DNA of 64,000 nucleotides from Phoronis australis. Taxonomy: Eukaryota > Animalia > Phoronida. Under the pieces are notes generated by a model that saw nothing but the letters and a program-made list of their open reading frames with translations, had not been told where the DNA came from and did not search any database. Positions within the stretch are counted from its first letter, which is position 1. Every line of letters starts with the position of its first letter. Of the stretch, positions 1 through 12,864 are shown piece after piece. Where the stretch lies: contig NMRA01000209.1 in NCBI GenBank assembly GCA_002633005.1, forward strand, positions 318,569-382,568. Direction: 5' to 3'. The position numbers and the translations under genes are program-made.

Positions 1-1494
1 ACACATTAAAGGTACAAAGGTAGTACTTACTTGAGATAAACAACATTTGACAAAAAGTGCGGGATTGGTGTTTCGGTTCCCGGGTGTACTGTCCAATCCC
101 CTCTGGATTCCAGTTTTAAAGGTCGGGTTTTGTGTTTTTCGGGCTGGATAGCTGTTTCGAAGGTGCGGGTGTCTATTTTCGACTCCGGGATATCTGTTAT
201 ACGTCGTTGTACTAAACACGATGAAACATCTTGATTATAGAGACATTCAGGAACGTGCCATTTCAATCATGAACTTGCTATGCACTTCTCTCAGAAGCAG
301 TCTCAAACAGACCACACTAAAACAGCTCAGTGTGTTCAAAAAAACTTGACAGACTGAGAACAGATAAACGTTGCTAGTGGCCATTTCAAGCCCAAGAAGA
401 GCAGACTGCCGGTAATTTTATTAAGGCAGAGGGACGCAGTTGCATGTATCTGTGCTAAAATTCTTCATTATTGTGCCACAGTGTGTACTGTGGTGCAATC
501 TTGGGGACGCTTCCTTGCAAACTGTTGCAGCTCAAGTGACTTAAGCCAAGATATATGTTAGTGATACTGGCAGATTTGGTAGTAAACTCATATTTTTCCG
601 CGCTTGGCCAAAAATGAACCATAGTTTCTGGGTATTGGCTTTATAAAGCCACGCAGTACTCGACCCTTTGCTTGACGCCAAATCGGATTTGACGACTTGG
701 CGAAAATCCCAGATCGCCAAACGAAATCTGGGTCGCCAATACTGCTGTCGAAATCGTCTACTAAAAAGGTTCTGCCGAACTCCGTTCTCAGAAAATTACA
801 CACACCTACACTATTCCATTTCTCTCCGAAAAAATATGCATCATTCAAATTCTAACTCAACTCGTCAGCCAACTAAAAAGTCAGTCGATCGCATGTGCTG
901 CATGCACGTTTCACAGTCCAGTCTTGCTCAATTTTATAATTCTGACTTCCGCCGGTTAAATCTTGTTGTAATTTAACAGTCATTCTACGAGAGCACCAAA
1001 TAGTCGACACTAGGGTCGCCTACTCTGATTTTGAAGAACAATAGTCTGATCACACGTCCTGGTGAAATATGTTCAAACCGTTTATTTCAATTTTGGGCCG
1101 TTATTTTTTAAGTTAGAACAACATGATTCTTTTCGCCCATTTTTGGTTCAAAAAGGTTCAGTTAATGAAACAGCTGTCTAAAAATCGGGAAATAAAAAAT
1201 CTTGATGATGTTTCTGTAGGCACTGAACATTTCTACCAGAGAACAGATTTTGCGTTTTCAAGACCTGATTGTATGTTGAGCGTTATTTATATTGCTATAA
1301 TTGTACTACTTTAAACTATTTTCCGAAAATTTGGTGATCGAACCGGCTAACGACGTCGAGTCGACATTAACCTACCGTTTGAACTTTTCATGTCAGATGT
1401 CACTGTTGAAGTAGTGCGGGAGGTGAATACGGAAAACTTTATTACATGGCCGTATTTCCCTCTACAGATTCAACGCGTATGGGATAAATATCCT

Positions 1495-1682
1495 TACATA
1501 CATACATACATACATACATACATGCATACATACATACATACATACATACATTCATGCATGAATACATGCGTACATACATACATACATACATACATACATA
1601 CATACATTCATACATACATACATACATACATACATACATACATACATACATTCATGCATGAATACATGCGTACATACATATA
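1495..1682 (+). repeat. (TACA)n microsatellite with an internal duplicated variant block
   Basis: Long run of tacatacataca, interrupted twice by ttcatgcatgaatacatgcg. It generates the spurious HTYI/MYVC ORFs. Confidence 0.95.
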
Positions 1683-2249
1683 TATTATAGTAATGCCAGA
1701 AAAAGCAGGGCAGTAAATAAACATCATAAAATTAGCCAACAATGACGTAAGGCGTCCTAATAAGAAACGCTAAAAATCCTCTTTTAAAAGATATATTCTT
1801 CTGCCCCTTAAGTGAGTGAGGGCAAGGATATCTGAAGCACGTTTCCAGTGGTCATAAAGACTATTTTTGGTCATTACCCCGATGCATTACTCATTGAGGC
1901 GATAGTGAAGGTTTACTATTTGATTCACTTGCATTCCATCGTGTAGCCGTCAATTCTATGACGAACAGAAAGCAAATGAACACTCCGACTAGCAAAGGTA
2001 ACTGAAGTTTTGATTAGCAAATTCTAGGTTGTTATTCCTGTAGCCGAGTGTAGGTAAATACTTATAAGGGTTTCGCGTCTAAAACAACGAAGTAATACTA
2101 ACTTCTTCCTAAACACACCTCGTCATTTCGATATCGGACCATGTTCGGATTTTGGTCATACATGTACGGCAAACTACGTGACATACATGTACAAACTAAA
2201 TATTGGTTGGCGGATTAATATGAGAGGTCTCTCATTCGGAGATGTGGCT

Positions 2250-2648
2250 CGTTGGCCGTTAAATTACGTGCGCAAGTTAATTTTTGTGAGAGGTGTGACA
2301 TGATTATTCAGAGGCGTAAAGAAGTTATTTGAGGCGTAAAATACCAGGTCACACTGCTAAACCCTTAAGCCAGGTTTCTAGCTCATCAGCTCGGTTTTAA
2401 CCATATATTAATAAAGCATAAAAATATTTCATTTTGATCAGTGCAATGGGCCCACATGCGAGGCCTGCGCACGTCTGGTACAACGTTTATCAGACCGCCT
2501 GCAATTATTTGTTTATATAAAATACTTATTTGCGGCGTATAATAATTGGCTACGGCGCCTTTACATCGCAAATAATTACTTTACCCCTCTAAATAATTAT
2601 TTTCCACCTCTTGCAAGAATTTACTTACGCAAGTAATTAAACGGCGAA
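2250..2648. mobile_element. MITE-like element with ~100-bp imperfect terminal inverted repeats
   Basis: Left ttggccgttaaattacgtgcgcaagttaatttttgtgagaggtg matches the reverse complement of the right end, ttcgccgtttaattacttgcgtaagtaaattcttgcaagaggtgg. Confidence 0.6.
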
Positions 2649-3249
2649 GTGGTGTCATGTAGCCAGTCAGCTATTCGGTTGTCTAATGCTGTGTCTACCA
2701 ATGCTTAGTATACATTTGTTCTACTGAATTCGTTGTGCATCTCTTAGGAGAATTAGCTACATGAAGCTGCTTCATTATAGACACACGGTTTGACATCATT
2801 TCTTTCCAGTTCACTTAGATTTTGTTACTAACTGTATCATGCTAGTAAATTAATTATCATAATTCAAAAATGTGTTCGATCCTGTGTTACGCGACTGTCA
2901 ATTTTGTCAACACACATTTCACGTACGTTTAGCTTTAGAGGAGACTCTCACTTAAAATGAGAACCAAGAAGCCACAGCCTAACAGACTACTCTGTCGCCA
3001 GCCACATTACACAAAAATTGATAGTTTCCCTGTTTGTCCATTTCCAGTGTTGGATAGTTTTGGTCAATGCATAAAAAAATACCGCTTGAAGTATGAGTCC
3101 GAGTTTTTTATGTGGGTTTGCTTAGTCGGCGACTGAGGTACGGGTTTGGTCACCCTCCTTTAGCTTCGCATCCCCTCCCTAAGTCACCTCCTGGGTAAGG
3201 ACATGCTGGGTATGTACACTGTCTTATGAAGATCTTAGGTTCGTCAACT

Positions 3250-3480
3250 GTTGGATAAGATAGCCAACAACTTTTCCAGATAAGAGTGTAATTTATTTTT
3301 GAGTAAGTCGCATAACACCAGTTTTGAAGATATGGTAGAACATAAAGTCCACGCTGTGGAGGTCGGATGAAGCATGCGCTGTGAGTAATTTCTAGAACGA
3401 TAGGAGACAACATAAAATATTTATTTAAAAACATGAACGCGTTTCGAAGTTTTTACGTACTTGTTTTCCTATTTGGCAGA
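3250..3480 (+). pseudogene. Truncated paralogous copy of the CUB gene promoter and first exon
   Basis: ATG at 3433 reads MNAFRSFYVLVFLFG versus MDVFRSFYSLVFVLG at 5801. Upstream gataag motifs are shared; no splice donor is retained. Confidence 0.6.
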
Positions 3481-4269
3481 AATCTTCGGACTTATGCTCA
3501 TTAGGCCACGTGATGTTGCCAACGGGTGGCGTGGAGAACCAACTTGAATTGTTTGTGCTCAAATCTGGCATGTTCACCAACCGTTAGACGTTTCTTGTAT
3601 ACCTTACGCTTGAATTGTCGTATAATTAACGAAAACAATTATTTTATCCTCAATTATTTTCCGTTCTAGAGCACTAGCGATAGCACAAATTGTGGACGTT
3701 TTCCTAAATTTTATATATATCTACATACAACGCAAAAGTCCTCTAAAACTCCATGCATGAAAACTAGTGATGATCTTGATCCTTTTGATTCCTTTCCCCT
3801 TCGTGAATTTTGGAGAATTATGACCCGCGGGGCTAATGTACCTTGGGCGATAATTCTCAAACATCCACTCAGGCTCTAGATTACGGGGCAAGACAGCTTT
3901 GTCATAAAAAATGCATATGTAATAGAACTCAGTACTCGTGAGAGTACGATTGCGAGTAGAGTAGATGAGGGCGAGGCCCTCAGACAGCTTCGCGAGATCG
4001 GAGAATGTCGCCTTCTGTCCTTGCTGTGGTTGGTGTGGACGTGGATCGAGGGCAGGACCTGGTGGCCGGTGGTGGTAGAGGTGGTGTTCTTGATCTTCTT
4101 CTGGAGACGAGACGCTGGCTGGATGGCAACAGCGTTATTGACATCGTAGGTGTGAAGCTAGCTTAATGGCAACAGCTTAGACTTTGATTCGCATGAAGCC
4201 GGCTTGTTGGCAACAGCTGTCATGCTACTGATTAGTTGTCTTTATACTGCCCCGTCGGAACAGTTTTTA

Positions 4270-4760
4270 CCAGTTGAGCAGGGCCAGGACCCTTAAGTGC
4301 TCCTGGAATAGGCTTGTCTCGGAAATGCGGCTTAGTGTGGCTTTGCAGAGTGACTGCAGCCTGTCGGAGACAGTCTGCATTCCTGCGAGCTCGTGTAGTA
4401 CATGTATGTCATTTCGGCAATATCTGGACTGAGTTTGATGCGCCAGATAGAGCACCAATCCTCCCGTTTTGATAGTGCCCGCTGGAGGCGTGCTTGGACA
4501 ACTGTCTCTTGTTTTTCACTTGTCAAGAACCCGAGATCGTCGGCGAACTGGGATGTCTGAACTTTGTCCCTTGGGTGAACTGGTAGGTCTATGACACAGA
4601 TCAAAAATAGCAACGGACTTAGGACGGACCCCTGGGGGGTGCCGGCCCTTGGATTCACATGTTGGGAAACGGATTGTCCCTGTCTGACTGAGATGCATCT
4701 GTCTCTCAGGAAAAATGACAGGAGTCTAACCATTTTGTCAGGTAGACCTATATTGGAGAG
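4270..4760 (-). mobile_element. Non-LTR retrotransposon (LINE) reverse transcriptase fragment
   Basis: ORF 4332..4733 has GTPQGSVLSPLLF, SQFADD and RLQRAL..EDWCSIWRIKLSP; frameshifted and truncated. Confidence 0.85.
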
Positions 4761-5569
4761 AGTACGATTGCTATGCTAGGGCTTTGCTAGGCAGCCAATG
4801 AGGGCTAAACTCTCAGTCTCGGCGGCTACTGACGACCCCTGGCGTAGACAGCAGCATAGCATATTGTTAGACAAGAGATACTGTGGTCTACATGCAGCTT
4901 TAACTGTAATCCAGCACTGCTCTGTCTATATCGTAACGGGCAGTTTCATACATTGTATTCATTTGGACGCCGTATTCGAAATCGAACTGGAATTGTTTTT
5001 TGACATTTTTGCTCCAAAGGATTCAAGGGTCCAATACCTTGTGTTTGAGTGTGTTAGTTTTCGTGAATTGCTGTCCAATCTCAGTTTCCATTTGACTACC
5101 CCAGTATTTATGCTACAATCTTAATTCTGACCTAGAAATCTCGAATTTTCACCTTAGATTCTAAATCAAGTGCATGGGTCACCAAATGCAAATTTGGACT
5201 CCCATCTGCGTGAGTGTGTGTGCGTGCGTGCGTTCGTGAGTGAGTGCGTGGAAGTATAGTTGCATATTGCCGTAGCTGGGTCCGGGCTTCCGCCTGTCGG
5301 GTGTTTTGATATCTCAAGAGCCTATGGTCAGGTTTTCATGAATTTGACAGAAGGATACAGGGCATTACTAGAACGACGCATTCCACTTTTTCCGGATCAT
5401 ATCTGGAGAAACAATTGGAGGATTTCACTGAAACTTCACACAATCCCAACTATCACGCAGTTTCTTGTTTCGGGTGAACGTACGTTTTTGTACCAATTAG
5501 GACGCTGGGAATGTTACAAGCTCTACACATAAGGGGACTTTTGGACAATCAAATGTTCGACAACTTAGC

Positions 5570-5800
5570 GATAATTGCGCAAGATAAGAATGCAATTTAT
5601 TTTTTGGCGAAGATAAGATATGAGCTGTACTAGATCGTGATACAAGTTAGATTGAGCAAAGACAAGCACCAGATCAGAATGCAATTTATACACGTGGCTT
5701 ATATCACCAATTTCTAACATACAATACTATGTAGTGTTGGACACAGTCTGTGTTGTAATTTCTGGAGTGACGACGACAGGGAATATTTTTACTTGAGAAT
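5570..5800 (+). promoter_or_regulatory. Putative proximal promoter with clustered GATA (AGATAAG) sites
   Basis: agataag at ~5582 and ~5610 upstream of the ATG; related motifs recur in the paralogous copies at ~3255-3290 and ~18745-18775. Confidence 0.35.
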
Positions 5801-5870
5801 ATGGACGTTTTTCGAAGCTTCTACAGTCTTGTTTTCGTATTGGGACTTCTTGTGATGTTGAATACCATAG
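5801..5870 (+). CDS. CUB-domain type-I membrane protein, exon 1 (signal peptide)
   Basis: ATG...MDVFRSFYSLVFVLGLLVMLNTI, followed by the consensus donor AG|gtaagt (phase 1). Confidence 0.8.
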
Positions 5871-6481
5871 GTAAGTGTCATAGTAAGACTCGTAAGGTAT
5901 TTTCAATAACCTAAGTGGTCAGAAAAGCGACATTCATTTCCATGAGATGTTTTATTAGTTTCCAGCTATAAGCTTTGAACACTACTAAACTTTTAAAAGT
6001 GACTATGCATTTTTCTTGTGTCACCAGAAACAACTCCTGATTTTGACATCTTACCGTTTGGAAATTGATCTCAAATTGCTCTTGAGTTAAAATGAATGGA
6101 CTTTCTGCACTTATAAAGAACTTAACTATTACCTGAGACCAGCCATGGCGTGTCATTTCGTTGAGCATGGTCTCGTGTAATCACGAAGTTGAGTGTTGAG
6201 ACTTTGCAACGCTAGGCGGATAACGTTTTCTCACACGACTAAGGAAAGAGATGAGACCAAAAAAACGAGTACTCCATTGCAAAAGTCCTCTTAAACTCTG
6301 CTGATCCAAACTCGGTGCTAATCGTGATGCTTTCGATTCCTTTTGCGACTGTCCAATAAGAATCAAGAGTGTAGTATCTCACGCGCGTGTTCAACGCATG
6401 TGTCAACATCACTTTATGACGAACGATCGTCATTATTTGGTGGGAGCCTGCCAATTAAATGTAATTTTAACTTCTTTTTAG

Positions 6482-6613
6482 TGCTATCCAAGCAAGGATA
6501 CACTGACAGTTGTACGTACACCAAAGACATTGGAGTCGTGAAATCTGTCAATTATCCATGTCGATACCCAAGTGACACAAATGTTAACTACACCATAAAT
6601 GTGTCATTGCCAG
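6482..6613 (+). CDS. CUB-domain membrane protein, exon 2 (N-terminal half of CUB)
   Basis: Acceptor cttctttttag|. Encodes VLSKQGYTDSCTYTKDIGVVKSVNYPCRYPSDTNVNYTINVSLP (CUB S-x-NYP-x-x-YP motif). Donor CAG|gtaagt, phase 1-1. Confidence 0.85.
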
Positions 6614-6984
6614 GTAAGTAATTTTTGTTGATTTACCACTCTGATTTTAGGGTCAAACCTCGCGATTTAGCAGTCATGCTACGATTTTTTAAAACATTTT
6701 CCCCAAAATACCTCGAAGAATATGATTATTGCCTTATTGTTCAACTCAATACTCGTGAGAACGTAATCTATTTTTCCATTTCTCTTAGTTGAATTTTCAC
6801 CATTCTTCGTCAATTTATTGTCATAATTCTCAACCTGTTTTAATTGTATATTTGTTACGTATATTTAATTGTTGTTTTAATACTTCATTGTATTGTATTA
6901 CTGTTTTTTGATGTTGAGGGCCCTCTTGGAAAGCAGTGCTATCACTGAAGAGGCCACTTAATACTTGTTTTGCAGTTGGTCAGT

Positions 6985-9270
6985 TACCGTCAACACAAAG
7001 AGGGAGCAATTACCTGTACCCCTAAAGGAGCAGATAGAAGTAAACATTATTTGAAAAACTGCAGACCCACATCCTTACACTTCTATACTCAATGTGACAT
7101 ATATATATTGGCTACTTCGGCTGCGGCTAAATGGTTAAAATCTGCTTTGGAAAAACTAATCATTAAGGACCACTCAGGTTTTGTTTCTGGAAAAAATATG
7201 ACAGAAAACATCCGTGTGTTACATGATTAAATGTTTAAGCCCGGTCAGCTATCAAACCAGGAATTGTCTTACTAATCGATTTTGCGAAAGCATTTGATCC
7301 ATTGTAGAAGAATTTTCTACATAAAAACTTTATCTTTCATTCATTTCGGTTGGTAGATCAGAAGGTGGGTAAAAATATTTTATAATAGTATTAAGTGTCG
7401 TGTGTTGTCGTAAATGATCACCCATCTTCATGGTTCAATATTTCGCGTGGCTGCAGAAAAGGTGACCCCCTGTCTCCCCACATTTTTACATTGCGCTCGG
7501 AGATTTTTGCGTATATAATCAAGAATAATAAAAATATTACATGTGCAGTTGCAGGAAATATGAAATATTTGATTTCGCAATATGCGGACGACACATCGAT
7601 TACTTTGGATGGGTCGAATTTGTCATTGACTAGCACATTGAATGTATTCCTTTTGTCTGCTGGTGTCTCCGGTCTCCAAGTGAAGGTTAAACAAAAGCCA
7701 TACTGTTTGGAAGTAAAACTAGTAGTGATGACGTGATTCCTACACGTACAAAAGAAAGTCTGTCTTGGACAAAAAAGAAATAGAATTTTGGGGGTAGTTT
7801 CTGACACTCAATTGGATAGTATGAAGAATTTCACTGCAAGAGTGACTGAGAATAAGTCTTTATTAGAAATTTGGAGTCAACGAAATTGAACGCCGTTTGG
7901 TAGAGTAATTGTAATTAATGCGTTAGCTATTTCGAAATTCAAATTTTTGTTTCCAAGTTTATCAAATCCACCAGTAAAAGTTTTGGATGAATTGAATGCG
8001 ATAATCTTTAGATTTGTATGGCAGACACCTAATGATAAAATTAACCGAACCACGACCTGTTTTGGACTAGATCAAGGGGGACTTCAAAAGGCTAACATAC
8101 ATACTTTCAACAAACTTTGATAACTCGCCATGGCCCGTAGATATTGTATCTTGAAACCCGTTTTTGGAGAAGACGTTATTAAGTTGAAGTTGACGCTAAT
8201 TGATAATTCTTAAGAGTGCGATGTATTTGGAAGTAAGACAGCTTTCTATGAGAAAATAATCGTTGCTAGTACATACATGTAAGACTTTGGATCAACCTTT
8301 GTGGTTTAATTGTAACTTGGTGATTGGAGGCAGAAATGTTTTCCATAAGTCTTGGTTTGTAAAAGGCTGAAAATTTATCAGAGATATGTGTACCTCTGAT
8401 AGCGATTTCATTACATGTAGTTTAGAGCATATGATAAACGGGTTCGATATAAAAGCTAACTTTGTAGAATTTAATGGTGACGTTTCTGTTCTAAGAAGGT
8501 TTCGAAGAAGTCTATTTCAAATTAATTTTAAAGGTGTTAATGTCTATTCACCTTGCATGTCTTTAGCAATTACTCACTTACGGAAAGATGTGAAGAATTG
8601 TAGACATATTTTGTTCTATCTCATGTTAAACAGACCAAGGAGACAGTATAGATTGGAAGAAAATATACGCATTGTCTCATGAAAATACAACGGATCCCAA
8701 CATTAGATGGTTCCAATTTAGAATATTACACAGGATTATCGCAACAAATACTTTTTAGCCAAAGTTCAAATTCGGGATTCTTATTTATGTTCCTTTTTGT
8801 AGTAAAGCTCCAGAGAGGCTGTCACACTATTTTGGGAATGCCCCCCCCTGCACGGATTTTTCTATGAAATTCGAAAAAACTACGTCAAAAGTGTCTCATT
8901 CAGCTTCCCAACTGTTTCTCTGACAAATGTGCTATTCTTAGACTTAATGAGATACATGATAATCTATTTAACGTTTTGGTATTACTAGCCAAACAGTACA
9001 TTTACATGTACAAGGAGAGATGTCACAAAAATATACTTAATATTCACAAGTTTGCTACATATACTTATGAGTACTATAATGCTGAAAACAATATTTGCAT
9101 GTAATTTTTTGTATGACAGCTTCTCTGGGAAATGGGAAAATTTTATTATCCACGATAGTTCCTTGTAGCAATTGTTTACTAAAATCCAGATACCAGAATG
9201 GTCTCTCCTTCAGTGTGGATGCATGAACGAATGGATGTACTTGTTTGGTTGCTGTTGTACTTGTTTATCA
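6985..9270 (+). mobile_element. Decayed L1/Tx1-clade LINE ORF2 in intron 2 of the CUB gene
   Basis: Broken frames give LKNCRPTSL, HSGFVSGKNMTENIR, LIDFAKAFD, RGCRKGDPLSP and ISQYADDT, with many stops and frameshifts. Ends are approximate. Confidence 0.85.
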
Positions 9271-12200
9271 ATGATAAAAAACGCGCATGCTGCATGACAT
9301 CAAGGGAGAGTACAAATATCCACCCTTTTTTAGCTTAGATCCTGCACAACATAGAGAGTCTCCAGCCTTAGCCACAGAAGGACGCCCACTCTTAAATCCT
9401 GATACCACATTTTGGATGGTGACTGATTGAAAGAATAATGTGTCCATTCTGATCCACGACTGTTATTGGAAAATTGAACGCAGTTTCTATTCTATTAAAA
9501 GGGGCCTAAAAACTTGAAGTGATGTCATGGCGGTCGAAGGGAGCTCAAAGAAACTGAGCCTCAAGACATTTATACGTGCAGTTTAAACTTTCCGACAAAC
9601 AATAAACCGCTGTTGGCGTAATCTACAGCTAGCTTGATATATTGGTATCCAAAGACGTCCTGAATAACCAATAGCCTGCAAGTATGAAATAACACTTTGT
9701 TCAATATTGTTTCAGATGTTGTTTCAATTTCACTGACTTTCAAATACTTCCATCTACAAGAGCGTGAAGTCAACGGCAGCTGCAGCAATGATTACCTGAT
9801 CATCAACGGTTCCAAAATGTGCGGGTGGTACAACGGTCCCCCTCAAACTTACAATGGCAGTGTCATAGTCATGCGCTTTCACTCAGACAATTCAATGAAT
9901 GAGAAATGTTTGAAATTCAACATTGATTATAAAGCTAACTTGCACCACAGTTCAACTGGGACTTTAACGAGCACCCACATAAATGAACGCAGTTGCGACT
10001 CTTCTTGTTATTGGACAACGACGGTAGATGTTAACACCGCTTTTTGGCGCATCTCCACTAAAACAACATCAACCGTTGGAGCCACTGAAAAAACACATCA
10101 CTCATCAAAACCGGGGAATTCAGCCATTGACTTGAAAACAACTTCAGGTGTTGTTACCAGCCAGAAAGGTCGTTCAACAAGTTTTCCTTCTTTTGGAAAA
10201 ACAGACTACTCATCACTCGCACCCACGTTAACAAGCAATGAGGCATTGTCAACGAATGGTGTCTCCACCGGAACAGCAGGCCACACTATGACAGAGAATT
10301 TTGCCAGTGATTTGACGACAACACAAACTGNTGATTGGAGGCAGAAATGTTTTCCATAAGTCTTGGTATGTAAAAGGCTGAAAATTTATCAGAGATATGT
10401 GTACCTCTGATAGCGATTTCATTACATGTAGTTTAGAGCATATGATAAACGGGTTCGATATAAAAGCTAACTTTGTAGAATTAAATGGTGACGTTTCTGT
10501 TCTAAGAAGGTTTCGAAGAAGTCTATTTCAAATTAATTTTAAAAGTGTTAATGTCTATTCACCTTGCATGTCTTTAGCAATTACTCACTTACAGAAAGAT
10601 GTGAAGAATTGTAAACATATTTTGTTCTATCTTTAACGAATCTTGTTAGTAACAGTGTACATGTTAAACAGACTAAGGAGACAGTTTAGATTGGAAGAAA
10701 ATATACGCATTGTCTCATGAAATTACAACAGATCCCAACATTAGATGGTTCCAATTTAGAATATTACACAGGATTATCGCAACAAATACTTTTTAGCCAA
10801 AGTTCAAGTTCGGGATTCTTATTTATGTTCCTTTTTGTAGTAAAGCTCCAGAGAGGCTGTCACGCTATTTAGGGAATGCCCCCCCTGCACGGATTTTTCT
10901 ATGAAATTCGAAAAAACTACGTCAAAAGTGTCTCATTCAGCTTCCCAACTGTTTCTCTGACAAATGTGCTATTCTTAGACTTAATGAGATACATGATATT
11001 CTATTTAACGTTTTGGTATTACTAGCCAAACAGTACATTTACATGTACAAGGAGAGATGTCACAAAAATATACTTAATATTCACAAGTTTGCTGCATATA
11101 CTTATGAGTACTATAATGCTGAAAACAATATTTGCATGTAATTTTTTGTATGACAGCTTCTCTGGGAAATGGGAAAATTTTATTATCCACGATAGTCCCT
11201 TGTAGCAATTGTTTACTAAAATCCAGATACCAGAATGGTCTCTCCTTCAGTGTGGATGCATGAACGAATGGATGTACTTGTTTGGTTGCTGTTGTACTTG
11301 TTTATCAATGATAAAAAACGCACATGCTGCATGACATCAAGGGAGAGTACAAATATCCACCCTTTTTTAGCTTAGTAGATCCTGCACAACATAGATAGTC
11401 TCCAGCCTTAGCCACAGAAGGACGCCCACTCTGAAATCCTGATACCACATTTTGGATGGTGACTGATTGAAAGAATAATGTGTCCATTCTGATCCACGAC
11501 TGTTATTGGAAAATTGAACGCAGTTTCTATTCTATTGAAAGGGGCCTAAAAACTTGAAATGATGGCATGGCGGTCGAAGGGAGCTCAAAGAAACTGAGCC
11601 TCAAGACATTTATACGTGCAGTTTAAACTTTCCGACAAACAATAAACCGCTGTTGGCGTAATCTACAGCTAGCTTGATATATTGGTATCCAAAGACGTCC
11701 TGAATAACCAATAGCCTGCAAGTATGAAATAACACTTTGTTCAATATTGTTTCAGATGTTGTTTCAATTTCACTGACTTTCAAATACTTCCATCTACAAG
11801 AGCGTGAAGTCAACGGCAGCTGCAGCAATGATTACCTGATCATCAACGGTTCCAAAATGTGCGGGTGGTACAACGGTCCCCCTCAAACTTACAATGGCAG
11901 TGTCATAGTCATGCGCTTTCACTCAGACAATTCAATGAATGAGAAATGTTTGAAATTCAACATTGATTATAAAGCTAACTTGCACCACAGTTCAACTGGG
12001 ACTTTAACGAGCACCCACATAAATGAACGCAGTTGCGACTCTTCTTGTTATTGGACAACGACGGTAGATGTTAACACCGCTTTTTGGCGCATCTCCACTA
12101 AAACAACATCAACCGTTGGAGCCACTGAAAAAACACATCACTCATCAAAACCGGGGAATTCAGCCATTGACTTGAAAACAACTTCAGGTGTTGTTACCAG

Positions 12201-12370
12201 CCAGAAAGGTCGTTCAACAAGTTTTCCTTCTTTTGGAAAAACAGACTACTCATCACTCGCACCCACGTTAACAAGCAATGAGGCATTGTCAACGAATGGT
12301 GTCTCCACCGGAACAGCAGGCCACACTATGACAGAGAATTTTGCCAGTGATTTGACGACAACACAAACTG
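8321..12370 (+). repeat. Apparent 2-kb tandem duplication (8321-10330 / 10332-12370) across a single N; probable uncollapsed haplotype overlap
   Basis: Sequence after the N at 10331 restarts at tgattggaggcagaaatg (= 8321). The copies differ only by scattered SNPs and small indels. Confidence 0.85.
9716..10330 (+). CDS. Partial allelic copy of CUB gene exon 3, cut at the N junction
   Basis: Translation identical to 11756-12370; same ttcag| acceptor; ends at N 10331. Confidence 0.6.
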
Positions 12371-12722
12371 TCGTCCCATCTGAAGCAACAGGTTATCAAT
12401 TAACAGGTAGCGTAACTAATGGTTTGATTTCAGCATCGAGTGCGATAGCCTTTGAAACAATAACCCAAAGAAGTACCGCTCGTGAAACCCCGTATCTCTC
12501 AACAGTAGAGAACTTAACAAGGGAATTGTCAACAGTTACCGGAGTGGTCACCACAGAATCAACAGTTCTGTCATCATCTACACACATCGACGAGAAAAGA
12601 AGGCATACAACGGATTCCAGCACAGTACTCCCATATACCGATGGCGAAATTGCACTTTACGTCCTTCTTGCAATTTTGTCGCTCCTTGCACTTATTATGG
12701 CGTCGATTTTCGTATATAAATG
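11756..12722 (+). CDS. CUB-domain membrane protein, exon 3 (C-terminal half of CUB, Ser/Thr-rich stalk, TM helix)
   Basis: Acceptor tgtttcag|. Encodes SISLTFKYFHLQ..SCSNDYLIING.KMCG..VMRFHSDNS (CUB), a T/S-rich region and the TM IALYVLLAILSLLALIMASIFVY. Donor TG|gtgagt, phase 2. Confidence 0.9.
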
Positions 12723-12864
12723 GTGAGTGTAACGGGGCGTTTAAGCAAGCAAATGCAGTGGATTTTAATGTGTAAAATGAATACACTTTGTATTTTAAAT
12801 GACCACTCCTGATATTGGCATAATGTTACATGTTGTAAGACGGATTTAGCATATTTATAGACAC

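Noticed and set aside
998-1170. Similarity to 17190-17370
   Set aside because: An ordinary dispersed repeat fragment without definable ends.
1390-1716. ORFs with HTYI / MYVC repeats
   Set aside because: These are translations of a TACA microsatellite.
9697-12726. Two tandem CUB genes or exon duplication
   Set aside because: Near-identical copies joined by a single N; best explained as a haplotype overlap.
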